Shown here: one piece after another, positions 8,641 to 20,051 of the stretch
How positions within the stretch are numbered: the stretch's first letter is position 1
Layout: each line of letters starts with the position of its first letter
DNA from: Woeseiaceae bacterium
GTDB lineage: Bacteria; Pseudomonadota; Gammaproteobacteria; Steroidobacterales; Woeseiaceae
Length of the DNA stretch: 64,000 nt
Direction of reading: 5' to 3'
NCBI GenBank assembly: GCA_035344175.1
Contig: DAORAN010000012.1
Coordinates: 4,670-68,669 of the forward strand
The notes under the pieces: model-generated
The model's database searches: none
What the model was told of the DNA's origin: nothing
Seen by the model: the letters and a program-made list of their open reading frames with translations, nothing else
Made by a program: the position numbers and the translations under genes

Positions 8641-10889
8641 ACAGCATTCGTCGCATCAGCCGCCGCCAGTTTCTAACGCGCACCGGGCAGGCTACGGGAG
8701 GCATGGTGCTCGCTGTGACCCTCGCCCCGGTATTTACCCCCGGCAATGCGCTGGCCGGTCCGCCCGCGAAGTCAGTTCTCGCTCCAAACGTATTTGTCAA
8801 CGTTCGCGAAGACGGCATTGTCGAGATCTATTGCTATCGCTCGGAGATGGGACAGGGGATTCGTACCGGTTTGCCGCAGGTCATTGCCGACGAGCTGGAA
8901 GCCGACTGGGACCGGATTTCCGTCATCCAGGCGCAAGGCGATGAAAAATACGGTGATCAAAACACGGACGGGTCGACCAGTATTCGCAAGCATTTTGATG
9001 TACTGCGCACCGCCGGTGCATCCGCAAGGGAGATGCTGGTAGCGGCTGCCGCACAACTCTGGAACGTACCGGTTGGGGAGTGTGAGGCGCGCAACCACGC
9101 GGTCCGGCATCGTGCGAGTGGCAAGCGCGCCGGGTACGGCGAGCTGGTTCCGCACACGGCGGGAATTGCGGTGCCCGAAGCTCCGACGTTCAAAGCTCGC
9201 AAGGACTATCGCTACATTGGCAAGCCGATGGACTTGCTCGACGCAAAAGCAATGACCACCGGTACCGCCATGTATGGCATTGATACCGTTTTGCTAGACA
9301 TGCTGTATGCGTCAATCGAACGTTGTCCGGCACAAGGCGGGCTCGTCAGGAGTTTTGATGCCAGTGCTGCCAGGAAAATACCGGGTGTGGTCGCGGTGTA
9401 CGAATTACCGAAACCGAGCACGCCGCCGTTGTTTAACGTGCTGGGCGGCGTTGCCGTACTCGCCACCAATACCTGGAGCGCGCAGCAGGGCCGGGCGGCG
9501 CTGAAAATCGAATGGGACCATGGCGTAAACGGCGCGTACGATTCCGAGAACTACCGTAAAGAACTTGTCGCAAGTACCCGTAATCCTGGCACTTTAATGC
9601 TAAACCGAGGTGATATCTCGAAAGCGACGCAGGGTGCCGCATCGTCTCATTCGGCGGACTACTATGCGCCGCACTTATCGCAAGCGCCGATGGAGCCCCC
9701 CGCAGCCGTCGCCAGTGTCGCCGATGGGAGCTGCGAGGTTTGGGCCTGCACCCAGAACCCGCAGGAAACACGGGATACCGTTGCGACAACGATCGGTATG
9801 GACAAGGATCGGGTGGCGGTCAATGTCACCTTGCTGGGCGGCGGATTCGGCCGCAAATCCAAACCTGACTTTGCCGCCGAGGCGGCATGGCTTTCGAAAC
9901 AGTCCGGCAGGCCTGTCAAGGTCACCTGGACACGTGAAGATGACCTCCGGCACGGCTATTTTCATTCGGTCAGTGCGCAACACGTCGAGGCGAACCTGGA
10001 TGAGGCAGGTATGCCGACAAGCTGGCTGCATCGGACGGCGTTCCCATCGATTTCATCGACGTTTGACTCGAGCAATAAAGGCCCGTCGGCTGGCGAGTTG
10101 ACACTGGGCTTACTGGATATACCTTACGCAATACCGAATCTGCGCATCGAAGCGGGTGATGCGGTCGCCCATGTACGCATCGGCTGGCTCAGGTCCGTTT
10201 GCAATGTGTATCACGCATTTGCCCTCTCGAGCTTTGCGGATGAGCTTGCGCAGAAGTCCGGCACAGATCCGGTTGCGTACCTGGCCAAACTGATTGGTCC
10301 GCGGCGCATGCTCGATCCGGGCCAGGATGGAGCGGAGTATGACAACTACGGCCAGAGTATTGAAACGCATCCGATCGATACAGGGCGGATTGTTGCGGTC
10401 TTGGAGCAGGTTGCGAAAAATGCGGGCTGGGGCCGCAAATTACCACGAGGGCGCGGCCTCGGGATTGCAGTGCATCGCTCGTTTTTGTCCACTGTCGGTA
10501 CCGTCGCGGAAGTTGGCAAGGACGCAAACGGCAAGCTGCGGGTGCTCGAATTGTGGACGGTGATCGATGCTGGCACGGTCGTCAATCCGGACCGGGTTAC
10601 GGCGCAAATGGAAGGGGCCGGTATCTTCGGTATGAGCCTCGCGCTGTACGGCGAGATCACCGCCAGGGATGGCGCGATAGTGCAAGGCAATTTCGATACT
10701 TACCCAGTGGTGCGAATGAATGAGGCGCCTGCGAATATCAATGTGCAGATAATGAGTGTCGATGCACCGCCTGGTGGTGTCGGTGAACCCGGCGTACCGC
10801 CGGTTGCCCCGGCCATCGCCAATGCATGGTTTGCAGCCACGGGTGAGCGCTTGCGTGAATTGCCGTTTCGCAAAGCCGGCATCGTATAG
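8637..10889 (+). CDS. molybdopterin-binding large subunit of aldehyde/isoquinoline oxidoreductase (IorB-type), TAT-exported
   Basis: ATGA overlap with the small-subunit stop. Twin-arginine signal [13 protein letters not shown]. Aldehyde-oxidase/xanthine-dehydrogenase-type blocks ([23 protein letters not shown]). Confidence 0.85.
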   Translation: MNSIRRISRRQFLTRTGQATGGMVLAVTLAPVFTPGNALAGPPAKSVLAPNVFVNVREDGIVEIYCYRSEMGQGIRTGLPQVIADELEADWDRISVIQAQGDEKYGDQNTDGSTSIRKHFDVLRTAGASAREMLVAAAAQLWNVPVGECEARNHAVRHRASGKRAGYGELVPHTAGIAVPEAPTFKARKDYRYIGKPMDLLDAKAMTTGTAMYGIDTVLLDMLYASIERCPAQGGLVRSFDASAARKIPGVVAVYELPKPSTPPLFNVLGGVAVLATNTWSAQQGRAALKIEWDHGVNGAYDSENYRKELVASTRNPGTLMLNRGDISKATQGAASSHSADYYAPHLSQAPMEPPAAVASVADGSCEVWACTQNPQETRDTVATTIGMDKDRVAVNVTLLGGGFGRKSKPDFAAEAAWLSKQSGRPVKVTWTREDDLRHGYFHSVSAQHVEANLDEAGMPTSWLHRTAFPSISSTFDSSNKGPSAGELTLGLLDIPYAIPNLRIEAGDAVAHVRIGWLRSVCNVYHAFALSSFADELAQKSGTDPVAYLAKLIGPRRMLDPGQDGAEYDNYGQSIETHPIDTGRIVAVLEQVAKNAGWGRKLPRGRGLGIAVHRSFLSTVGTVAEVGKDANGKLRVLELWTVIDAGTVVNPDRVTAQMEGAGIFGMSLALYGEITARDGAIVQGNFDTYPVVRMNEAPANINVQIMSVDAPPGGVGEPGVPPVAPAIANAWFAATGERLRELPFRKAGIV

Positions 10890-10924
10890 TTTTTTTTTCA
10901 GAATATTGCTCGCAGACACGCTGA

Positions 10925-11851
10925 ATGAACAATACGTTGCTGTACGTGATAACCGTCCTGATCTGGGGCTCCACGTGGTTTGCCATTGAGTTTCAGCTCG
11001 GTGTCGTGCCGCCTGAGGTTTCAATCGTGTACCGCTATGCCGGAGCCTCAGTACTGCTGTTCGCCTGGTCAGGTATGCGCGGCCTCCGGCTTCGATTCGA
11101 TCGACAGGCGCATGGCTGGTTCATGGTGCTGGGCCTATTCCTTTTTTGCCTCAACTATATTTTTGCCTACCGGGCCCAGATCCATATTACGTCGGCAATG
11201 TGCGCAATCGCGTTCACGGCGATCGTGTGGCTCAACATTCTTCTTGCGCGCCTCTTTTTCGGCATACGCGCGGGCGCTCGTGTTCTGACGGGTGCCGCAA
11301 TCGGCATCGTTGGAATTATCGTGCTGTTTGCGCCCCGCATCGGCGAAGTCTCATTGGAGGACGGTGTATTGTTCGGCTCCTTGCTGGCGGTATGTGGTGC
11401 TTTTGCCGCGTCCCTCGGCAACATGGCGTCACAAAAGGCACAATCGCTGCAACTACCGGTGATTCAGTCGAATGCCTGGGGAATGTTGTACGGTGCGATT
11501 TTCACGGCTACCATCAGCGCGGTCGAAGGACACGCATTCACGTTCGAAGCGACGGCCGGCTATGTGATCTCACTTTTATACCTGATGATTTTTGGTTCGA
11601 TCATCGCATTCGGCGCATATCTGACGTTGCTGGGTCGCATCGGCGCACATAAAGCCGGCTACGCGATGGTGCTGTTTCCAGTCGTCGCACTGTTGTTGTC
11701 TATACTGTTTGAAGGTCTTAAGCTGGATCTGCCGATTCTCGCAGGCACGGCTCTTGTGCTGGCCGGGAATGTTTTTGTGCTCGCTGGTCGACCGCGAATG
11801 CCAAGGAATCCCGCAACACCCGAGCACGTCATCCTTGAAGGCAACGAATAA
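10925..11851 (+). CDS. EamA/DMT-family transporter
   Basis: About ten hydrophobic helices in two EamA-like repeats (WGSTWFAIEF..., IIAFGAYLTLLGRIG). Confidence 0.8.
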   Translation: MNNTLLYVITVLIWGSTWFAIEFQLGVVPPEVSIVYRYAGASVLLFAWSGMRGLRLRFDRQAHGWFMVLGLFLFCLNYIFAYRAQIHITSAMCAIAFTAIVWLNILLARLFFGIRAGARVLTGAAIGIVGIIVLFAPRIGEVSLEDGVLFGSLLAVCGAFAASLGNMASQKAQSLQLPVIQSNAWGMLYGAIFTATISAVEGHAFTFEATAGYVISLLYLMIFGSIIAFGAYLTLLGRIGAHKAGYAMVLFPVVALLLSILFEGLKLDLPILAGTALVLAGNVFVLAGRPRMPRNPATPEHVILEGNE

Positions 11852-11887
11852 TCGAACATAAACGGGGCAGGGGCTATCAAGTCGCAA

Positions 11888-13141
11888 TTGCAGTTCTACC
11901 TGAATCGAATTAAAGAGCGCCTGTGGCTCAAGCCACTCATCGTCGCAGTATTTTCCGTGATCGCGGCGCTGACCGCCCGAACAGTTGATCGCCTCGGTCT
12001 CGAAGCCATCACACCGAAAATCAGTACGGAAACGAATATCAGTCTGCTCGAAATCATGGCATCCAGCATGCTCGTTATTGCCACGTTCGCAGTCGGTTCG
12101 ATGATTACGGCTTACAGTTCTGCCAGCAATACCGCAACGCCCAGGTCGTTCCCGCTGGTGCTCGCGGATGACACATCTCAAACAGCATTGTCGAGTTTCA
12201 TCGGCGCATTCATATTCAGCATCGTGTCGCTGGTTGCGCTGTACAACAGCTACTACGGCCACGTCGCGCGATTTGCATTGTTTCTGCTGATTCTCGCGGT
12301 GTTTTCCTGGGTTGTTTTTATGTTTGTCAAATGGGTTGACAATATTGCGCGCCTCGGGCGACTTGGCAATACAGTCGACAAGGTCGAAGCGACTGCTTCC
12401 CGGTCATTGCAACGGCGTCGCGACCAGCCTGCGTTGGGTGGCGTGATTGCAAAAGAAGGCACCGCCGATGGCAAGCCGGTGTATGCGCGTACGTTTGGCT
12501 ATGTCCAGCAGGTCGATGTGGCAGGGCTGCAAGCAATAGCCGAAGCAAGTGACTGCGAAATCCTGGTGCAGGCATTGCCCGGAAAATTTGCCGGCCCCAA
12601 GGATGCACTGGCGCTGATCCGTAGTTCTGCCAATGAGAGCGAAGTGGATTCAGAGAAAGTTGCCGCTCGTTTTCGCATTGGAGACGACCGGGTATTTGAT
12701 GACGACCCGCGGTTCGCCCTGATCGTTCTATCGGAAATCGCCGGGCGGGCACTATCGCCCGCGGTCAATGACCCGGGTACGGCCATCGATATTCTTGGGA
12801 CGTTTGTGCGCCTGTTTGCTGCCTGGGTCGCGCCGCAGGACGATAAAGCCGGTGATGCGCTTCATGATCGCGTTTTTGTGCCGCTCCTCGACGTCTCCGA
12901 CCTGGTGGACGATGCGTTTTCGATGATTATGCGCGAAGGTGCGGGAAGCCCGGCAGTTGCTATCCGATTGCAAAAGTCCTTTGCGGCGTTGGCCTCGCTG
13001 GAGGACGATGCATTGCAGGCAGCTGTGCGAAGGAGTTCGCGCATGAGCCTCACCCTCAGCGAGAAAGCCCTGCAATTGGAGGAGGATATTGTGGCGACAC
13101 GCGGCGCCGCACAGCAGGTGCAGGTCGATGACGCAGCGTAG
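11888..13141 (+). CDS. DUF2254-like membrane protein
   Basis: TTG start. N-terminal RIKERLWLKPL plus four TM helices and a large soluble C-terminal domain, the layout of DUF2254 proteins. Confidence 0.6.
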   Translation: MQFYLNRIKERLWLKPLIVAVFSVIAALTARTVDRLGLEAITPKISTETNISLLEIMASSMLVIATFAVGSMITAYSSASNTATPRSFPLVLADDTSQTALSSFIGAFIFSIVSLVALYNSYYGHVARFALFLLILAVFSWVVFMFVKWVDNIARLGRLGNTVDKVEATASRSLQRRRDQPALGGVIAKEGTADGKPVYARTFGYVQQVDVAGLQAIAEASDCEILVQALPGKFAGPKDALALIRSSANESEVDSEKVAARFRIGDDRVFDDDPRFALIVLSEIAGRALSPAVNDPGTAIDILGTFVRLFAAWVAPQDDKAGDALHDRVFVPLLDVSDLVDDAFSMIMREGAGSPAVAIRLQKSFAALASLEDDALQAAVRRSSRMSLTLSEKALQLEEDIVATRGAAQQVQVDDAA

Positions 13142-13336
13142 CGTGGGCTTAGGCTGCGCGCATTGTGAATTTAGCTCAGAAAAAAGTGGCAACCAGTCGC
13201 AACGATCGGGAATGCGTGATCATCGCGCCTGATTGCCACCAGGGTTTCCCACCTCAATTTTAGCGGGGAGGGGGCGAGGCGGGAAATTTCAAGCTGGCTA
13301 TATCATCGACCACTTTTGTGCAGTCTTTGCCAGCAA

Positions 13337-13585
13337 TTATTCTGCGTCTTCAGATTCTTGCTGATACTGGTCGTACTCGTCCTTTGTCAGGTAACCATCG
13401 CTGTTCGCGTCAGCCTGCTTGAAACTTGCCATGGTGTGTTTGTCAGCAGAGGCCTCAGCCATAGTGATGGCACCATCCTGATCCTTGTCGAGCTGGCTGA
13501 AATCCTTCGTCTGCGTATCGTCGCCGGCAAATGCCAAACCCGATACCAGAACCAGGCTGCCAATCAATGTCGTTAATGTCTTCAT
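13337..13585 (-). CDS. small exported EF-hand calcium-binding protein
   Basis: Signal peptide (SGLAFA-GDD) and two canonical EF loops, DKDQDGAITMAE and DANSDGYLTKDE. Confidence 0.75.
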   Translation of the reverse strand: MKTLTTLIGSLVLVSGLAFAGDDTQTKDFSQLDKDQDGAITMAEASADKHTMASFKQADANSDGYLTKDEYDQYQQESEDAE

Positions 13586-13887
13586 AGTGTTCTCCTGTAG
13601 TCGCTCGTGAGTTGCGCAGTTCGTGCACCACGCACTAAGGGAAGCTGCAAACAGCGTGCCAGTTTTCGATTGAACACCTGATAAGCGCGTCGTTGCTTGT
13701 TTTTAATTTTCCGGGACATGCTTTCTGTCGGTGTTTAGAGACGGTGTAAGCGGATACCGGCATTACCAAATTACAAGACTTTGTAATAGATTCGCGGTGC
13801 ACGGGTTTTTACATGTTGGGCACCAAACCGCGCCGATGTGACTTCCAATTCTTCATCGGTCGCTGTAGATTTGGCTGCGACTGCCGA

Positions 13888-14559
13888 ATGGCATCCCATC
13901 CATTGCCGTGGCTACCAGGGGGACCCGAACCAGTGCTTGAAACAGCGAGCATCGCGCTAGCGACATTCTTCGCGACCATCGGCCCGCTGGATGTGGCCGC
14001 CGTTTTCGCCGCTCTTACGGCCAATTACGATCCTGCTCAAAGACGCAGTTGCGCTGTTAGAGGCGTACTGATCGCGACCGTTGTTCTGATCCTGTTCGCA
14101 CTCGCTGGAGAGCTCTTGCTAAAGGGTTTTGGCATCTCGCTTGCTGCACTACGCACGGCAGGTGGTGTGCTGCTGTTGCTTATTGCAATTGAAATGGTAT
14201 TCGCCCGTTCCTCTGGCGCAACATCGACCACTGATGAAGAAGAACAGGAAGCGGCCACGCGCGAGGACATTGCCGTATTTCCGGTTGCAACCCCGCTGAT
14301 CGCCGGGCCCGGCGCCATGGGTGCGGCGATCCTGCTTATGGCCGACGTCGAGGGCGATGTTGTAGGGCAGGCGATCGTGGTGGCTTCCTTGCTGGCAATG
14401 CTACTCGTAACGCTGGTCTGTCTGCTGCTCGCCAACCAACTGAGCAAGCTGCTTGGTGTAACCGGTCTGCAGGTTATTACGCGCGTAATCGGCGTACTGC
14501 TCGCCGCATTGGCGGTGCAGTTTGTCTTCGACGGGATTGCCGAGAGCGGCCTGGTTTAA
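13888..14559 (+). CDS. MarC-family (UPF0056) integral membrane protein
   Basis: ATFFATIGPLDVAAVFAALT...GFGISLAALRTAGGVLLLLIAIEMVF matches the MarC pattern. Start uncertain (ATG 13888 chosen; the ORF is open from 13813). Confidence 0.7.
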   Translation: MASHPLPWLPGGPEPVLETASIALATFFATIGPLDVAAVFAALTANYDPAQRRSCAVRGVLIATVVLILFALAGELLLKGFGISLAALRTAGGVLLLLIAIEMVFARSSGATSTTDEEEQEAATREDIAVFPVATPLIAGPGAMGAAILLMADVEGDVVGQAIVVASLLAMLLVTLVCLLLANQLSKLLGVTGLQVITRVIGVLLAALAVQFVFDGIAESGLV

Positions 14560-14580
14560 CCGCTAACAGGCGGCCTGTGC

Positions 14581-14862
14581 CTAGTAACTGACCGTGTCGT
14601 CCCATTGGCCGGACCGTTTCGCGACATGCCGGATGTAACTGCATATTGCGGTGGCCGTTTTACCTTCGGCCTCGATAGCCGCGAAGGTTTTTTCAACCAG
14701 TACTTTACCGATTCCCTGGCCGCGAAGCGCAGATGGTACCTCGGAGTGCAGAAGCTGGTATCGCCCGTTCTCCATCCTGTAATCGATAAACGCTTTATGG
14801 CCGTCGGCGGTCAGGTAAAATTGTTGCTTCGCCTTGTCGTGCACTATGTCGGTGATCTGCAT
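14581..14862 (-). CDS. small GNAT-like N-acetyltransferase (YjdJ-type)
   Basis: 93 aa. The pattern FYLTADGHKAFIDYR...LLHSEVPSALRGQGIGKVLVEKTF...CSYI is typical of the short GNAT-like family. Confidence 0.65.
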   Translation of the reverse strand: MQITDIVHDKAKQQFYLTADGHKAFIDYRMENGRYQLLHSEVPSALRGQGIGKVLVEKTFAAIEAEGKTATAICSYIRHVAKRSGQWDDTVSY

Positions 14863-14879
14863 AAGGAAAGCCTGCCATT

Positions 14880-15521
14880 TCAGTTCAGTAAAGAGTTTAT
14901 GATGATATCAATTGCGCTCTTCAGCGCTTTTCGATCGAGGTTCGGTTCGCGCGCCTTGCGGATCATCAGCCCTTCGATCATACACACAAGCGCAAGCACA
15001 CGCTCTGGCGCAACGGGTGTCGTTGGCTTTTTATCGCCGCCACTCGCACTACGGTTGAGCAAGTCGGCGAGCTCGACACGCATAGCATTATCATAACGCC
15101 CAAGTGCCTCGGCAATCTCACTGTCGCGCGTCGCCTCGGCGGACATTTCAAGAAACAGGCTGGTACCTACCGATTCGTCGCTCGAACCGTCAGACGAATC
15201 CAGGTAGTTCAGTACTGCGGGACCGAGGTCGTCCGCTGCGCGCAATGCTCGTATCTTATTACGTGATTCGAGCAACTGCTGCTCAATAATGGCGAAAATT
15301 ATCGCATTCTTGTTTTCGAAATATCGATAGATCAAACCAGGGCTCATTCCCGCTGTCTTGGCAATGTTTGCAACGCTGGCGCAATGAAATCCACTTTCAA
15401 CAAAGCAGGCCTTCGCTGCGATCAGAATGCGTGCTTGCTGTGCCTGGGTATGGGACTCTGCTTTACCCAGATCTGTATTTGAAATCATGCCTGTCATCTG
15501 TGCCTGTCGCTCTTTCGCCAT
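14880..15521 (-). CDS. TetR/AcrR-family transcriptional regulator
   Basis: HTH ILIAAKACFVESGFHCASVANIAKTAGMSPGLIYRYFENK. Start placed at ATG 15521 (MAKERQ...), 14 nt after the RND pump stop. The 15725 start would overlap the pump gene. Confidence 0.85.
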   Translation of the reverse strand: MAKERQAQMTGMISNTDLGKAESHTQAQQARILIAAKACFVESGFHCASVANIAKTAGMSPGLIYRYFENKNAIIFAIIEQQLLESRNKIRALRAADDLGPAVLNYLDSSDGSSDESVGTSLFLEMSAEATRDSEIAEALGRYDNAMRVELADLLNRSASGGDKKPTTPVAPERVLALVCMIEGLMIRKAREPNLDRKALKSAIDIIINSLLN

Positions 15522-15534
15522 GGAACTGCCATGG

Positions 15535-18500
15535 CTATGCGCTTGTCGGCCCCTTACGCGAAAGCTTGCGGAAAATACGCTGCACCATGACGAAAAACAG
15601 CGGAATGAAAAAGATACCCAAGAATGCGCCAAAAAACATACCACCGAAAACGCCGGTGCCAATGGCTCGCTGTGCGCCCGAGCCGGCGCCACTTGCAAGT
15701 GCCAACGGTAATACGCCCATGCCAAAAGCGAGGGATGTCATGATAATGGGCCGCAACCGGTCGCGTACCGCATGCATGGTCGCTTCAACGAGTTCCATCC
15801 CTTTCTCGAGGTTCTCTTGCGCGAATGCGATGATAAGAATCGCATTCTTGCTCGTTAGGCCAATCGTGGTCAGCATGGCCACCTGGAAATAGATGTCCCG
15901 ATCGAGATCACGCAGCGTCGCGGCAATCGCAACGCCGAGAATGCCAAGTGGGGCAACCATCAAGACCGAGATAGGAATCGACCAGCTCTCGTACAGCGCG
16001 GCCAGGCACAGAAAAACAATGAGCAAAGACAGCGTGTAAAGAAGCGGCGTCTGGGCGCCGGCCTGCCGTTCCTGATAGGACAGTCCGGTCCATTCGATGC
16101 CGAATCCAACAGGGAACTCGCTCGCGATTCTTTCGATTTCAGCCATCGCATCGCCTGAGCTTACGCCGGCGGCCGGGGCACCGTTGAACTCCATGGCTGG
16201 CACTCCGTTGTAACGCGCCAGTTGTGGGGATCCATACTCCCAATGCGATTGTGCGAACGCGGAGAAGGGCACCATTTCTCCAATGTCGTTGCGCACTGTC
16301 CAGAGCCGAAAATCGTTCGGTACCATGCGAAACGGTGCATCCGCTTGCAGGTAAACACGTTTGACCCGGCCGCGATCAATAAAGTCATCGATGTACTGCC
16401 CGCCCCAGGCGGCTTGCAGTGTGGCGTTGATGTCTGCTACGGATAAGCCTAAGGCGCTCGCGTTTTCGAAATCGATGTCCAGTTGGAACTGCGGTGCATC
16501 GGCCTGACCGTTGTGTCGAACATTGACCAGCAAAGGACTCTGGTTTGCTTTCAGCAACAGCTCCTGGCCGGCTGCCACCAGTGCGTCATGACCAAGACTG
16601 CCATTGTCCTTGAGATAAAATGCGAAGCCAGCCGACTGGCCCAGCTCCTGGATAGCGGGAGGCATGAAAGCGAATGCCAGGGCGTCCTGAATCTGGCTAA
16701 GCCCCATCGATGCGCGCTCGACAATCGCGGCGATACCCTGGCTCTTCTCTCCCCGTTCATCCCAGTCTCTGAGCTTGACGAATGCCATGGCATTGTTTTG
16801 TCCGCTACCGGCGAAGCTGAAGCCCTGCACGGCAAACATTGACTCGACGGTATCGGATTCCTCGTCCAGGAAATAATCTTCCATCTTGCGCACCGACTCC
16901 ATGGTCCGTTCCTGGGTTGCCCCGACCGGCGCTTGTACCATCGCGAACATCATTCCCTGGTCCTCATCCGGAACGAACGAGGTAGGCCGGTTGAAAAACA
17001 GGGCGGCCATTACCGCGACAAGCACCAGGAACACCGCGAAAAAACGCCAACCGCGGGTCAGCATGCCACGGACCCCTTGTCGGTATTGTTTCGCGGTCCG
17101 GTCGAAATTGCGATTAAACCAGCCGAGAAAGCCTTTTTTCGCGTAGTGTTCACCCTTCTCCAGTGGCTTGAGCAGCGTCGCGCACAACGCGGGCGTCAGG
17201 ATGATAGCGACCAATACAGACAATCCCATGGCGGCGACAATGGTCGCTGAGAACTGCCGGTAAATGACACCGGTTGCACCTCCCAGGAATGCCATCGGTA
17301 TAAACACCGCTGACAGAACGACGCCTACGGCTACCAGCGCCCCGGTAATTTGTCGCATGGATTTGCGCGTCGCTTCAACGGGTGAGAGGCCTTCTTCGGT
17401 CATAACACGTGCGACATTCTCGACCACGACAATTGCGTCGTCGACCAACAATCCAATCGCCAGCACCATCGCAAACATCGTTAACATGTTGACGGAAAAC
17501 CCAAGTACTGCGAGAACGCCAAATGTGCCCAGCAAAACAACCGGCACGGCAATCGTCGGAATCAGCGTTGCCCGAATATTCTGCAGGAAGAGGAACATGA
17601 CGAGAAAAACCAGTACGATGGCTTCGACCAGAATTTCGATGACGTTCTGAATCGCGACCCGTACGAACGGCGTGGTTTCAAACGGTATCACCGCGCGCAG
17701 GTTGTCTGGAAAGAATGCCTCTAACTCCTGAATTCGTTGCTCGACAGCATGGGCTGTCTCAAGCGCGTTGGCGCCGGTTGCGAGGCTGATGGCCATGCCA
17801 CTGGCCGACTGGCGATTGTAGCGTGAGATAAAGCCATAGGTTTCCGCGCCGAGTTCGACGCGCGCAACATCCGCCAGGCGTAGAGTTGAACCGTCTGTAC
17901 TGCTGCGCACGATAATGTTGCGAAATTCTTCAGCCGTCTGCATGCGGCTCTGAGCCGTGATGGTCGCGTTCAGTTGCTGCCCCGGTACCGCGGGTGTCCC
18001 GCCAAGCTGTCCAACAGCGACCTGTTGATTCTGCGCACGCACGGCTGCGGTAATATCGCCGGGTGTCAAACGGTACGCATCCAGTTTGTTAGGGTCCAGC
18101 CAGATTCGCATGGCGTACTGGGATCCGAATACCTGGATTCCGCCGACTCCTGGGACCCGGCTGAGCGGATCCACGACGGAGGCTGACACGAAATCAGAGA
18201 TGTCACTACGAGACATCGATTCGTCGTCTGACACAAATCCCACGACCAGCAGGAAACTGCTTCGGGCCTTACTGACATTGACGCCCTGGCGTTGTACTTC
18301 CTGCGGCAACAGCGGCATTGCCAGCTGTAACTTGTTCTGTACCTGTACCTGTGCAATATCCGGATCGACGCCGTTGTCGAACGTCAAGGAAATTGACGCG
18401 CTGCCGTTCGATGAGCTGGTCGCCGACAGGTATAACAGCCCGTCAAGACCTTTCATGTTCTGCTCGATAACCTGGGTTACAGAGTCTTCAACGACTTTGG

Positions 18501-18660
18501 CCGACGCGCCAGGATAGTTGGCATCAATGCTAATTGACGGTGGCGCTATATCGGGGTACATCGAGACTGGCAATTGCGTGATTGCCAGCGCGCCCGCGAT
18601 CATGATGATGATCGCAATAACCCATGCAAATATGGGCCGACCAATAAAAAACTGAGCCAT
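15535..18660 (-). CDS. RND efflux pump inner-membrane permease (AcrB/HAE1 type)
   Basis: 1041 aa. Opens [20 protein letters not shown], with 12-TM plus two large periplasmic loops and typical AcrB blocks throughout. Confidence 0.95.
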   Translation of the reverse strand: MAQFFIGRPIFAWVIAIIIMIAGALAITQLPVSMYPDIAPPSISIDANYPGASAKVVEDSVTQVIEQNMKGLDGLLYLSATSSSNGSASISLTFDNGVDPDIAQVQVQNKLQLAMPLLPQEVQRQGVNVSKARSSFLLVVGFVSDDESMSRSDISDFVSASVVDPLSRVPGVGGIQVFGSQYAMRIWLDPNKLDAYRLTPGDITAAVRAQNQQVAVGQLGGTPAVPGQQLNATITAQSRMQTAEEFRNIIVRSSTDGSTLRLADVARVELGAETYGFISRYNRQSASGMAISLATGANALETAHAVEQRIQELEAFFPDNLRAVIPFETTPFVRVAIQNVIEILVEAIVLVFLVMFLFLQNIRATLIPTIAVPVVLLGTFGVLAVLGFSVNMLTMFAMVLAIGLLVDDAIVVVENVARVMTEEGLSPVEATRKSMRQITGALVAVGVVLSAVFIPMAFLGGATGVIYRQFSATIVAAMGLSVLVAIILTPALCATLLKPLEKGEHYAKKGFLGWFNRNFDRTAKQYRQGVRGMLTRGWRFFAVFLVLVAVMAALFFNRPTSFVPDEDQGMMFAMVQAPVGATQERTMESVRKMEDYFLDEESDTVESMFAVQGFSFAGSGQNNAMAFVKLRDWDERGEKSQGIAAIVERASMGLSQIQDALAFAFMPPAIQELGQSAGFAFYLKDNGSLGHDALVAAGQELLLKANQSPLLVNVRHNGQADAPQFQLDIDFENASALGLSVADINATLQAAWGGQYIDDFIDRGRVKRVYLQADAPFRMVPNDFRLWTVRNDIGEMVPFSAFAQSHWEYGSPQLARYNGVPAMEFNGAPAAGVSSGDAMAEIERIASEFPVGFGIEWTGLSYQERQAGAQTPLLYTLSLLIVFLCLAALYESWSIPISVLMVAPLGILGVAIAATLRDLDRDIYFQVAMLTTIGLTSKNAILIIAFAQENLEKGMELVEATMHAVRDRLRPIIMTSLAFGMGVLPLALASGAGSGAQRAIGTGVFGGMFFGAFLGIFFIPLFFVMVQRIFRKLSRKGPTSA

Positions 18661-18672
18661 GCGCAGGACCCT

Positions 18673-19815
18673 CTATGGGTTCGTCAGATTAGTAACGATG
18701 ACATTTGCGCCGGGCATGATTTTCTGCAGCCCCTCAACGATGACCTGGTCACCAGCAGCGAGGCCATCCCTGACGAGCCAGTTACCGTCTAGCGTATCGC
18801 TGACCTTGACGATTCTCATCTCGACCGTGCCATCGTCCGCAACTACCATCGCGGTTGCCTGGCCCCTGGCGTTGCGGGTTATTCCTTGCTGTGGTACGAG
18901 CAAGCCGTCCTCAATAATCGCCGTACTCACCACCGCCCGAACAAATAGCCCGGGCAGCAGCTCGTGCTCCGGATTTGGCACCAGTATGCGCAAGGCGACA
19001 CTGCCCGTTGCGGGATCGACGGTCACGTCGGAAAACTTCAGTTCGCCCTCGTGCGCAAAGTGACTACCATCTTCGAGCAGGATGGTTACCGGGATCTTTT
19101 CCGCCTCCTGGATCGCGCTGGCTGAAAGATCGCGTCGCAGTTGCAACAGTTCGCTCGCGGACTGGCTTACATCGACATACATTGGGTCCAGTTGCTGCAC
19201 AGTGGTCAATAGCGACGCCTGGTCTGCGGTGACGAGTGCCCCTTTGGTCACGGTCGAGCGGCCTGTTACGCCGTCGATTGGAGACCGGATGCGAGCGTAG
19301 TCAAGTTGCACCTTCGCGCTTGCCAGTTCCGCCTTGGCAACATTGACGTTTGCCTCCGCCTCACTGCGAGCGGCAACCAGATTCTGGTATTCCTGTTTGC
19401 TGACGGCGTTCGTCTTGATCAGTTCCTCGGCACGCTCCGCATTCAGTCGCGAAACCTCGACCAGCGCCTCGGCCCTGGCGAGCGATGCCTTTGCGCTGTT
19501 GTACGCTGCGCGATAGGTGGCATCGTCGAGCTGGTATAACGCGTCGCCAGCCTTGACGTGGCTACCCTCGACGAACAGTCGCTCGCGAACGATGCCGGTG
19601 ACCTGGGGACGCACTTCGGCAATGGTGAATGCGCGGGTACGGCCCGGCAGCTCGCGCTTCAGCGTGACGGGTTCGGTCTTCAAAGTAACCACACTAACAG
19701 TCGGTGTTGGAAACCCGGACATCGCCGCTTGCTCCTGCGAGCACCCTGCAAAGAAGATCAGCGGAATGAGCAGGAACGGGCGAATACTGGGCAGAGGTTC
19801 GATGATTTTGAGCAT
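18673..19815 (-). CDS. RND efflux periplasmic adaptor (AcrA/MexA type)
   Basis: Lipobox (FFAGC), coiled-coil hairpin region and beta-barrel/MP domains typical of membrane fusion proteins. Lies 12 nt upstream of the pump gene. Confidence 0.9.
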   Translation of the reverse strand: MLKIIEPLPSIRPFLLIPLIFFAGCSQEQAAMSGFPTPTVSVVTLKTEPVTLKRELPGRTRAFTIAEVRPQVTGIVRERLFVEGSHVKAGDALYQLDDATYRAAYNSAKASLARAEALVEVSRLNAERAEELIKTNAVSKQEYQNLVAARSEAEANVNVAKAELASAKVQLDYARIRSPIDGVTGRSTVTKGALVTADQASLLTTVQQLDPMYVDVSQSASELLQLRRDLSASAIQEAEKIPVTILLEDGSHFAHEGELKFSDVTVDPATGSVALRILVPNPEHELLPGLFVRAVVSTAIIEDGLLVPQQGITRNARGQATAMVVADDGTVEMRIVKVSDTLDGNWLVRDGLAAGDQVIVEGLQKIMPGANVIVTNLTNP

Positions 19816-19858
19816 AAATTCGAAACTGGGGACGGGTCACGGGCGGACGGGCTGCGAA

Positions 19859-19886
19859 GAATGAACGTTCATTCACTCCTTGTCAA
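19859..19886 (-). promoter_or_regulatory. putative efflux-operon promoter with 16-bp palindromic operator
   Basis: On the minus strand: TTGACA (19886-19881), then 6 nt, then the perfect palindrome GAATGAACGTTCATTC (19874-19859) covering the spacer and -10 region, ~45 nt upstream of the adaptor start. Confidence 0.5.
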
Positions 19887-20051
19887 GCCATTGTAATGCT
19901 CCGAAAAAGCCGTTCAAACCTGCGGCCGGAGTCAACGCAGAACGGGCGCGACTACTGTTGAACCTGAAGATCCATAGCGTGAATGTTCCGGCTGAAGTGA
20001 GCTGTACGTCCACAATCTTCCTGGCCTTGGGTTCAGATTAGTTGGCGCCAC

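Noticed and set aside
10870-10899. T9 run (10891-10899) directly after the IorB stop, considered as an intrinsic terminator.
   Set aside because: The only upstream stem I can draw (TGCCG...CGGCA) has 5 bp with an 11-nt loop and sits 8 nt from the T-run. That is too weak to call.
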